Below are positions 1 to 10,245 of a stretch of DNA of 64,000 nt, in pieces; position 1 is the first letter of the stretch; each line of letters opens with the position of its first letter. The position numbers and the translations under genes were made by a program. The DNA comes from Eledone cirrhosa (taxonomy: Eukaryota): contig OZ024740.1 of the NCBI GenBank assembly GCA_964016885.1, positions 226,052,001 through 226,116,000 of the forward strand, given 5' to 3'. A model generated the notes under the pieces. That model was not told the DNA's origin, ran no database searches, and worked only from the letters and a program-made list of their open reading frames with translations.

Positions 1-950
1 ATGCATTCATACACAGACATATACACATATATATATACATGCATACATACACAGACATATATACATACATATACATGCATACATACACAGACATGTATAC
101 ATTCATATATATATGCATTCATACACAGACATATATACATACATATACATGCATACATACACAGACATGTATACATACATATGCATGCATACATACACAG
201 ACATATATACATTCATATATATATATGCATTCATACACAGACATATACACATATATATATACATGCATACATACACAGACATATATACATATATATATAT
301 ATGCATTCATACACAGACATGTATACATTCATATATATATATATGCATACATACACAGACATATATACATATATATACATGCATACATACACAGACATGT
401 ATACATTCATATATATACATGCATACATACACAGACATATACACATATATATATACATGCATACATACACAGACATATATACATACATATACATGCATAC
501 ATACACAAAACATGTATACATTCATATATATATATGCACACATACACAGACATATATACATACATATACATGCATACATACACAGAAACATATACATACA
601 TATACATGCATACATACACAGACATGTATACATTCATATATATGCATACATACACAGACTTATATACATACATATACATGCATACATACACAGACATATA
701 TACATACATATATATGCATACATACAGAAACATGCATACATACATATACACAATGCATCACATGTACATATATACAAATTCATGCATACATATATACTAT
801 GCATTACATGTATATATGTATATTCATTCATACACACATATATGCAATGCATTACATGTACAAATGTATATACATTCATACACACATATATGAAATTCAT
901 TGCATGTACATACATATTCATATATACATGTGTACATACATATATACACC
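1..950. repeat. Degenerate ATAC/ATAT-based minisatellite (about 34-38 bp unit containing CATGCATACATACACAGAC)
   Basis: Motif acatgcatacatacacagacat recurs every ~34-38 bp and decays after ~730. It has no stop codons, which explains the long HTYI-type ORFs. Confidence 0.95.
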
Positions 951-1507
951 ATAAACTCTCAAAGAATGTTTAATACATTGCAACATACATTACAAAGTCT
1001 ATCTGTGTAACCGTTATTACACTTCATAACGAAAAATATATGCCCCTTACATAAATTACATATGACTAGTTAGTAACTGAGTAAAATATATACACCCCTT
1101 GTATTTCATGATAGAAATGTTGCAAACATTCACACTTTGTGATTGAAAGGTTGCTAAAAGAAAACTGACTAAAAAATGCATACCATTCATATTTCATGGC
1201 AGACATTTTGAATAAAGGCAAACAATTGACAGCAAAATACACAACAGTCATATTTCATCTGTGAAAGATATGGCATTAAGAAAATATTATCATCAGCATT
1301 AACATCATCATCCAGAAGAAAACAAAGAAATGAATGTGCTTGAGAAAAGTAACAAAATAAAGAAGAAGAAAGCTAAAGGAGGATATAGTTCAATATTTTA
1401 TCACAGTAGGTATAGCACTTGTGACAAATACAATTCTATTATCATTCAATAGAATAGAAAATACCCATTCCAATGTAAGCCATGAAACTTCTAATTTCAA
1501 GCTGTTG

Positions 1508-3303
1508 TACGGATGTTATGCTGCCTTCATCTGTAGGTGCTTACAGATGTTATGCTGCCTTCATCTGTAGGTGCTTACAGATGTTATGCTGCCTACCTCT
1601 GTAGGTGCTTACAGATGTTATGCTGCCTTCATCTGTAGGTGCTTACAGATGTTATGCTGCCTTCATCTGTAGGTGCTTACAGATGTTATGCTGCCTACAT
1701 CTGTAGGTGCTTACAGATGTTATGCTGCCTACATCTGAAGGTGCTTACAGATGTTATGCTGCCTTCATCTGTAGGTGCTTACAGATGTTATGCTGCCTTC
1801 ATCTGTAGGTGCTTACAGATGTTATGCTACCTACATCTGTAGGTGCTTACAGATGTTATGCTGCCTACCTCTGAAGGTGCTTACAGATGTTATGCTGCCT
1901 TCATCTGTAGGTGCTTACAGATGTTATGCTGCCATCATCTGTAGGTGCTTACAGATGTTATGCTGCCTACATCTGTAGGTGCTTACAGATGTTATGCTGC
2001 CTACCTCTGAAGGTGCTTACAGATGTTATGCTGCCTTCATCTGTAGGTGCTTACAGATGTGATGCTGCCTTCATCTGTAGGTGCTTACAGATGTTATGCT
2101 GCCTTCATCTGTAGGTGCTTACAGATGTTATGCTGCCAACATCTGTAGGTGCTTACTGATGTTATGCTGCCTACCTCTGAAGGTGCTTACAGATGTTATG
2201 CTGCCTTCATCTGTAGGCGCTTACAGATGTTATGCTGCGTTCATCTGTAGGTGCTTACAGATGTTATGCTGCCTTCATCTGTAGGTGCTTACACATGTTA
2301 TGCTGCCTTCATCTGTAGGTGCTTACAGATGTTATGCTGCCTTCATCTGTAGGTGCTTACAGATGTTATGCTGCCTACCTCTGAAGGTGCTTACAGATGT
2401 TATGCTGCCTTCATCTGTAGGTGCTTACAGATGTTATGCTGCCTTCATCTGTAGGTGCTTACAGATGTTATGCTGCCTTCATCTGTAGGTGCTTACAGAT
2501 GTTATGCTGCCTACATCTGTAGGTGCTTACAGATGTTATGCTGCCTACATCTGAAGGTGCTTACAGATGTTATGCTGCCTTCATCTGTAGGTGCTTACAG
2601 ATGTTATGCTGCCTTCATCTGTAGGTGCTTACAGATGTTATGCTACCTACATCTGTAGGTGCTTACAGATGTTATGCTGCCTACCTCTGAAGGTGCTTAC
2701 AGATGTTATGCTGCCTTCATCTGTAGGTGCTTACAGATGTTATGCTGCCTTCATCTGTAGGTGCTTACAGATGTTATGCTGCCTTCATCTGTAGGTGCTT
2801 ACAGATGTTATGCTGCCAACATCTGTAGGTGCTTACAGATGTTATGCTGCCTACCTCTGAAGGTGCTTACAGATGTTATGCTGCCTTCATCTGTAGGCGC
2901 TTACAGATGTTATGCTGCGTTCATCTGTAGGTGCTTACAGATGTTATGCTGCCTTCATCTGTAGGTGCTTACACATGTTATGCTGCCTTCATCTGTAGGT
3001 GCTTACAGATGTTATGCTGCCTTCATCTGTAGGTGCTTACAGATGTTATGCTGCCTACCTCTGAAGGTGCTTACAGATGTTATGCTGCCTTCATCTGTAG
3101 GTGCTTACAGATGTTATGCTGCCTTCATCTGTAGGTGCTTACAGATGTTATGCTGCCTTCATCTGTAGGTGCTTACAGATGTTATGCTGCCTTCATCTGT
3201 AGGTGCTTACAGATGTTATGCTGCCTTCATCTGTAGGTGCTTACAGATGTTATGCTGCCTTCATCTGTAGGTGCTTACAGATCTTATGCTGCCTTCATCT
3301 GTT
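1508..3303. repeat. 34-bp tandem satellite, about 53 units (GTGCTTACAGATGTTATGCTGCCTTCATCTGTAG)
   Basis: Direct reading of units. Each unit has an internal inverted repeat TACAGATG/CATCTGTA. Variant units recur at 680 and 816 bp offsets. Confidence 0.99.
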
Positions 3304-3499
3304 GGTGGTGCTGGGTAGTACTCCTTCCAACACCTACATTGTCGTTTTATCACCTGATGAGACATCAACCTCTGCATTTGATACAAAGACTAGAAGCACC
3401 CTTATCATCATCATCTGATGTCTATCTTCTTGGTTAGCATGTATAAATCATAAATCGCGATACTGACTCAGATATCATTACTAGTTTCAATACTATAAG

Positions 3500-4124
3500 C
3501 ATTAGCAGAATTGGTATAGCATGTGACACACAGTAATGGCCCATTACGTTCTGAGTTCAAATTCGCCATGGTTAGCTTTGTCTTTCACCCTTATGGGTTT
3601 GATAAAATAAAGTATCAGTAATGCACTTGGGTTGATTTAACCGACTTTCACTTTCCCCCAAAATTGGTGGTCTTGTACCTAAATCAGAAACCATTATTAT
3701 AAATGTATTTGTAAAAGCGGTGGATTGGCAGTATAGGTAGAGGGTCGGACAACATGCTGTCCAGCATAGTTACGTCCCTTTACGATCTGAGTTCAAATCC
3801 CGCCGAGGTTGACTTTGCATTTCATCCTTAAGTGGTTGATAAAATAAAGTACCAGTAATGCACTGGGTAATTGCTGGCCTTGAGCCAAAAAGTAGAAACA
3901 ATTATTATAAATGTATTTAAGGCAGTGGATTGGCAGTATCAGTAGAGGGTCGGACGCCATGCTTTGCAGCAAAGAGTTACATCCCTTTATGATCTGAGTT
4001 CAAATCCCGCCGAGGTTAAGTTTGCCTTTCATCCTTACGGGGTCGATAAAATAAAGTAGCAGTAATGTACTGGGTAATTGCTGGCCTTGTGCCAAAAGTA
4101 GAAACAATTATTATAAATGTATTT
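3500..4124 (+). mobile_element. Head-to-tail trimer of tRNA-derived SINE family A
   Basis: A-box TGGCAGTATCGG-like, B-box GAGTTCAAATC, body GACTTTGCCTTTCATCCTTACGGGGTCGATAAAATAAAGTACCAG, tail GGCCTTGTGCC..GTAGAAAC. ATTATTATAAATGTATTT follows each copy. Confidence 0.9.
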
Positions 4125-4244
4125 ATTATGTCATGTTAGAGTTGTATTCCTTCTATCATGTATATATTGTTTCTACCATGTATATTTTGTAGTACCCTAG
4201 GACACAATTGTTTCATGGTATTGTATATATATATATATATATAT

Positions 4245-4848
4245 CATCATCATCATTTTACATCCGCTTTTCCCTGCTCGCAAGGGTGGGACGGGTCTTA
4301 TTCAGCACAACATCACTCCACTTGTCACGGTCCTTCATCATCTCCACCGTGAGCTTCAATGATCTGAGGTCTGTTCTCACCACCTCCGCCCGTGTTTTTC
4401 GTGGTCTACCTCTACCACATCTTCCTTCAACTGGCATTTCCTGGCACTTCTTCACCCATCAGTCATCCTCCATGCGCATCACATGTCTATACCACCGCAA
4501 TCTCCTCTCTCGCACACTATATTCTATCCCTCTCAGACACAGTTTCTCTCTCAACACATTTATGCTGGGTCGTTCACGCACATTCACATTGCACATCCAA
4601 CGGAGCATGCTTGCCTCATTTTTCTCCAGCCGTCGCATATCCTCTGCAGTTGCTGCCCATGTCTCACTACCATGCAGCATCGCGCTCGTCACACAATCAT
4701 CATATAAGCAGCCTTTCGTACGCAGGGAGAAACCTTCTTCGTCAGCAGAGGAGCAGCTTCCTAAACTTCTTCCAACCCGTCCTTATTCTAGATACTATGG
4801 CCTCTCGGAACACCCCCCCCCTCCCATGCTAATCTGATCTCCTAGGTA
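4245..4848 (-). mobile_element. RTE-clade LINE 3' fragment (subfamily A)
   Basis: Minus-strand peptides YLGDQIS, AMLHGSETWA..RRLEKNEASMLRWM, RLRWYRHVMRM, GRGRPRKT, followed by an (ATG)n tail. Confidence 0.92.
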
Positions 4849-4867
4849 CGGGAATATATATATATAT

Positions 4868-4950
4868 ATTTCTGGGTGTACCTACTCCGTAACTACCATC
4901 AATTTTGATCGCCCTGCACTTTTTTATACAGCTGTCGTCTTTCATGTGCT
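4868..4950 (-). mobile_element. Short RTE subfamily B fragment
   Basis: HMKDDSCIKKCRAIKIDGSYGVGTPR matches the 8622 ORF MHMKDDSCITKCRAIKIDGSHGIGRPR. Confidence 0.8.
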
Positions 4951-5192
4951 GCGCATGGAGGATGACCGATGGGTGAAGAAGTGCCAGGAAATGCCAGTTG
5001 AAGGAAGGCGTGGTAGAGGTAGACCACAAAAAACATGGGTGGAGGTGGTCAGAACAGGCCTCAGATCACTGAAGCTCACGGTGGAGATGACGAAGGACCG
5101 TGACAAGTGGAGAGATGCTGTGCTGAATATCACCCGTCCCACCCTTGCAAGCAGGGAAAAGTGGACGTAAAATGATGATGTTGATGATGATG
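4943..5192 (+). mobile_element. RTE subfamily A 3' end
   Basis: LRMEDDRWVKKCQEMPVEGRRGRGRPQKTW, then 3' end CCCGTCCCACCCTTGCAAGCAGGGAAAAGTGGACGTAAA(ATG)n. Confidence 0.92.
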
Positions 5193-5737
5193 ACATACAT
5201 ATATATATATACATACATGTATATACATACATATTTAATTATATATACATATATATACATACATATTTAACCAAGAACCTATTTTAAAATCCTTACATTG
5301 GAGTATATTGGTATTTTTTAAACTTAAATACTCTGCTTGCAAAATGAAACTTACTTTATATTCTTGTGCACCAGTTGCATCTATTTCCATGAATATTATA
5401 TGGTGAGCCAGCATTTGATAAATATACTAGAAATACAAAAGCTCCATTCAAAATATATGGCAATTGCAAATGATATGGTGTGGTTGGTTATAATTGGATT
5501 GGCTTATAATCGAGTATATACCTTGATTGTCAGAATTCATATAAGCATTTTAGTGATGCATTATGCAGATAGCCTCACAACTACTGTATAAACTTTTTTT
5601 ATATGTTACACCAATAAATAAGTTGAAAGAGACGGTATGACATATAAACAAGTGTATACAGTAGTTGTGTGGCTATCTGTGGAATGGAAAAGTTTATATA
5701 AAAAGGGTCTTAGCTCATATGAATTCTGACAATTAAT

Positions 5738-5861
5738 ATATATACTTGAATATAAGCTGAACCGATTATAAGCCGACCATCCCTATTTTATGTCTAAGAA
5801 ATGGGCAAAAATCCAACCCCTGTTTATAAGCCAAGGCTACAAATCAACACATTGTTTAGAT
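5738..5861 (+). mobile_element. pogo/Tigger-like MITE left part
   Basis: TATACTTGAATATAAGCTGA terminus; similar to the more complete copy at 56017-56243. A right-end motif GGCTTATAATCGAGTATATAC lies at ~5500. Confidence 0.6.
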
Positions 5862-6406
5862 CAAAGGTTCTCAACCCATTTTGGACAAACGCCCCCTTTT
5901 GCCCCTCGAAATCAAGAAACTCCTCCTACCCTATTTTTCCATTTTTCAATATACTAGGGATTTTGATATCAGTAGATTACTGGGCCAAATCAAGTTATCT
6001 TAGATTCTTTAAAAAATACTCGTACGAATTAAATACAAAAAAGTTTCAGTCCAAAACAAAAGCAAGCTATTTCAAATATATATTTTTGAAATAAAAAAAA
6101 AAAACATTTGATCTCAGTCGAAAAAGCTTTGTTTTTTTTAAATTCTATATTTCACTGTTAGCTGTTGTAATATTTTGACTGGATAGACAATTGAAACTGC
6201 AAAGTCAAAATACAAAAGATGCAAAATATGAAGAATTTCTTACCTTTCTCTGAAATCACAAACTCAGGGGAAAAATAGTACCTTGCAAAATAATATACCT
6301 CGTAGCAAAATAAGTAGTAAGGAATGAATTGAGAAGCTTGGTGACTGAGAAAGCAATATTTTTATCCCTTATATATAAACATAGATAGACACACACACAC
6401 ACACTC

Positions 6407-6502
<96 letters not shown>

Positions 6503-7000
6503 GAAGAGAGAAAGAGGGAGGGACAGAGAGAGAGTAAGAAATGTGTGTGTGTTTGGTACACGTCTATCTATCTATCTATCTCTTTATCTCCAACAGTCTG
6601 CTCACACATGCAGCCCGCGAACTACTTATCTGTGGCCCGTGGTAGAACCAATATTTCATATCGCATTATAACTAGTGAAAATAAGGTGGCGAGCTGGTGG
6701 AATCGTTAGCACATCTGGCGAAATGCTTAACTGTACTTCTTCTGTTTTTACGTTCTGAGTTCAAATTCCGCCGATCTCAACTTTGCCTTACATCCTTTTG
6801 GGGTCGATGAATTAAGTACCAGTTGTGTACGAGGATCGATGCAATCGACTGAACCCTATACCCCAAATGTCATGCTTTGTTCCAATAGTAGAAATGATTA
6901 TAACTGGTAAAAATGTTCACCCACCACCACGTTTGGCCCACTGTGCTTCTCCTCCAGAACGTAATAGCCCTTTTGTGTCCTTGAGTTTGAGACCCCCTCT
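5862..7000. mobile_element. Probable decayed hAT (Charlie-like) non-autonomous element with nested microsatellites and a SINE
   Basis: Ends CAAAGGTTCTCAACC and TTTGAGACCCCTC resemble CAGGGGTTCTCAA TIRs. The TSD is not preserved. Confidence 0.4.
6682..6897 (+). mobile_element. SINE family A variant (GGCGAGCTGG head)
   Basis: B-box GAGTTCAAATTCC and the same central body. Flanked by an imperfect ~18-bp TSD ATTATAACT(A/G)GT(G/A)AAAAT. Confidence 0.85.
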
Positions 7001-7145
7001 TCTACACACACACACACATATATATATTTTACTTTTTTTCTGGACTACGCCCATGCTGGAGCATCACCTTGGTAAGTTATGGGGACGTCAACAAACCAAC
7101 AAGCATTGGTGGGAGGGCAAACACAAACGCAAAGACACACACAGA

Positions 7146-7347
7146 CATCATCATCATCATCATCATCATCATTTTACGTCCGCTTTTCCCTGCTTGCAAG
7201 GGTGAGACGGGTCTTATTCAGCACAGCATCTCTCCACTCGTCACGGTCCCTCGTCATCTCCACCGTGAGCTTCAATGATCTGAGGTCTGTTCTCACCACC
7301 TCCACCCATAATTTTCGTGGTCTACCTCTACCACGTCTTTCTTCAAC
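7146..7347 (-). mobile_element. RTE subfamily A 3' end
   Basis: Near-identical to 4245-4430, with a (CAT)n tail on the plus strand. Confidence 0.9.
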
Positions 7348-7359
7348 ATATATACATAT

Positions 7360-7478
7360 ATACGACGGGCTTCTTTTAGTTTCGATCTATCAAATCCACT
7401 CACAGGCTTTGGTCGGCTTGGGCAGTGGGACTAAACCCGGAAATATGTGGTTGGGAAACAAGCTTCTTGTCACACTGC

Positions 7479-7480
<2 letters not shown>
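7360..7480 (-). mobile_element. tRNA-derived SINE family C, internally deleted; diverged relatives at ~10430-10590, ~24890-24990, ~56365-56520, ~61420-61535
   Basis: Shared GACGGGCTTC..AGTTTC..TCTA.CAAAT.CACTCACA.GCTTTGGTC motif and GGGACTAAACC (B-box complement). Confidence 0.65.
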
Positions 7481-7512
<32 letters not shown>

Positions 7513-7534
7513 ATAATATATATATTATACACAG

Positions 7535-7577
<43 letters not shown>

Positions 7578-7749
7578 TATGTATATTTGTAGATTTATAT
7601 ATATATGTATGTATGTATGTATATATATATATATAAATATTTATATATATATATATAGGAGGGGGTTATAGTTCACTTGAAGCATTGTGTAATGAGGTAT
7701 AAACGTATGGCTTGGCAAGATATTTAGAACGCTGGTTTGAGACCTTTAT

Positions 7750-7788
7750 TTCCCTCTGAAGAAGAGATATTATCTCGAAAATTAAGGA
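7750..7788 (+). ncRNA. Minimal hammerhead-ribozyme-like motif (Penelope pLTR type)
   Basis: CCT-CTGAAGA-A-GAGAT(ATT)ATCTC-GAAA-ATTA-AGG: core boxes, 5-bp stem II, 3-bp stem I. Confidence 0.5.
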
Positions 7789-8250
7789 CATTTAAATAAA
7801 TCTAAGGTAAAAGACGAATTGTCAACAATATCTTTTGTAATTGCATTCTTTTTTCTATGTCCATACCTGCATTGTTTTGGCTTTATTATACATATTCAAA
7901 CGTTTATATATATATATATATATGTATGTAGATTTATATATATATATATATATAAATCTACATACATACATACATATATACATACATTTACGTATGTATA
8001 TAGCTATGCATTTATACATTTGTATATATACATGCATTTATATTTAAATGTGTAAGGATGTTGATATGATCTATGTCTTCTTTTTTTGGTAAGGAGAACA
8101 TTTTTGTCGCCAGATTTTATTACCTAGGGAGTTTAAATATCATACTTCTGGCTGAAAGTTGACCGGGTTCTCAACTTCATCAAACACTAACGCAGGCCTG
8201 TGTGTGTATATATGTGTGTGTGTGTATGCATGTGTATATATGTGTGTATG

Positions 8251-9210
8251 TATTACCTGGGTGACAAAATCAGCAGTGGGGGAGGGTGCTCTGAAAGTAC
8301 AGTAGCTAGAGTCAGAACTGGGTGGAAAAAGTTCAGTGAGCTTATACCACTATTAGCCGCTAAAGGGTTCTCCCTAAAAATGAAAGGCAGGTTGTACGAT
8401 GCCTGCATACGAACAGCAATGTTGCATGGCAGTGAGACCTGGGCATTGTGTGCAGAAGATATACGCCGACTAGAGAGAAACGAAGCTTGCATGCTCCGCT
8501 GGATGTGTAATAGTAATATACGTGAACGACAAAGCATAAACGAACTAAGGAGAAAAAATTAGAAATAAGAGGGATCAGATGTTGTCTACTCGAGAGAAGG
8601 CTACGTTGGTATGGTCACGTAATGCACATGAAGGACGATAGCTGTATAACAAAGTGCAGGGCAATAAAGATAGACGGTAGCCACGGAATAGGCAGACCCA
8701 GAAAAACCTGGGATGGGCTGATAAACTCCGACCTCACACACTTACACCTCACCAAGACAATGTCACTGGACCGAGACCTTTGGCGGTACTCAGTAGTAGA
8801 GAAGACCCGCCTTACCTAAATACATAGTAAAACCTACTACAGCCAGTAGGCACCTCTAACAAAATACACCCCGTCCCACCACCCACACCCCATCCACACC
8901 ACCCCCTCCTATGTAAAGTTATGTTGGTGCCACAACATCCAGGCTGAAACAAATGAGATCGTGTAGGTGTCACGACAAAAAAACACACAGTCCACGTTGT
9001 AATGTGGCCGTGTAGGCAACACGGTAAAAACCTCCCAGTCCCACACTGTAAATGTGGTTGGTGTTAGGAAGGGCATCCAACTGTAGAAAACCTGCCAGAC
9101 AGTCCTATGCGAGCAAGACAATCACTCTTGCCTCAAGTGGGAATACCCCCGTCCAAACCCATGCAAGCGTGGAACACGGACGTTAAACGTTGATGATGAT
9201 GATGATGATG
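8251..9210 (+). mobile_element. RTE subfamily B 3' fragment with long 3' UTR
   Basis: YLGDKISSGGGCSESTVARVRTGWKKF..LYDACIRTAMLHGSETWAL..GRPRKTW, frameshifted near 8560. Ends GGACGTTAAACG(TGA)n. Confidence 0.93.
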
Positions 9211-9727
9211 ATATATATATATATATCTTTCTCTCTCTCTCTGCTTTTCTACTTATTCTAATTTTGTTGTTACAGAATAACACTCAGACTGAAGTTGTTC
9301 AGTTGTTAGATATTTTAGTTATTGGCATTCTCTTTAGAATTTAACCCACCAATTTCTTTTACTACATTATGAATATATTTTACATAGTATGGTAGTTCTC
9401 TTAACCATAATTTGTTTACCAGATCATCACTAACCGTAGAAATTATTTCGATGATATGTATTTCATTTAAATTCGCCTAATAAATCTCATTAATTATAAG
9501 TTATATTTAAACTCCTATGAACAGCTTGTTTAGAACAGGCTGTTAGGATTTGCACACATTAACAAAGACACAAAATGTTTGAGACATGCATTCAGGTAGC
9601 AGAAATTAAACAAGTGCATCCCAATGACCTGGTCAGGTAGAATTTCTAATGAAATCACATGCCACATTTGCTTTACATGTGGTTGTTATCTCACTGCCAG
9701 AACCAGATTCATCTGGGATGGAAGAGA

Positions 9728-10245
9728 CATCATCATCATCATCATCATCATCATCAATGTTTAACGTCCGTGTTCCACGCTTGCATGGGTTTGGACGGGG
9801 GTATTTCCCACTTGAGGCAAGAGTGATTGTCTTGCTCGCATAGGACTGTCTGGCGGGTTTTCTACAGCTGGATGCCCTTCCTAACACCAACCACATTTAC
9901 AGTGTGGGGCTGGGAGGTTTTTACCGTGTTGCCTACACGGCCACATTACAGCGTGGACTGTCTGGCAGGTTTTCTACGGCTGGATGCCCTTCCTAACACC
10001 AACCACATTTACAGTGTGGGGCTGGGAGGTTTTTACCGTGTTACCTACACGGCCACATTACAGCGTGGACTGTGTGTTTTTTTGTCGTGACACCTACACG
10101 ATCTCATTTGTTTTGGCCTGGATGTTGTGGCACCAACATAACTTTACATTGAAAGGGGCGGTGTGGATGGGGTGGGGGTGGTGGGACGGGGGTGTATTTT
10201 GTTAGAGATGCTTACTGACTGTAGTAGGTTTTACTTTGTATTTAG
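9728..10245 (-). mobile_element. RTE subfamily B 3' UTR copy with internal ~112-bp tandem duplication
   Basis: Reverse complement of ~8820-9210. The block GGACTGTCTGGC...CATTACAGCGT occurs twice (~9843-9955 and ~9956-10066). Confidence 0.9.

Noticed and set aside
1-973. Long His/Thr/Tyr/Ile-rich ORFs (284-317 aa)
   Set aside because: Open in all three plus frames because the ATAC/ATAT repeat lacks stop codons; not protein-like.
1508-3303. CRISPR array (palindromic ~34-bp repeats)
   Set aside because: Units are directly adjacent with no unique spacers, there are no cas genes, and the context is eukaryotic.
3351-3375. CTGATGAG hammerhead core
   Set aside because: No stem II or downstream GAAA box.
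1639-3437. Repeated 67-aa ORFs as a gene family
   Set aside because: Products of a 34-bp unit cycling through frames, with GTG starts.
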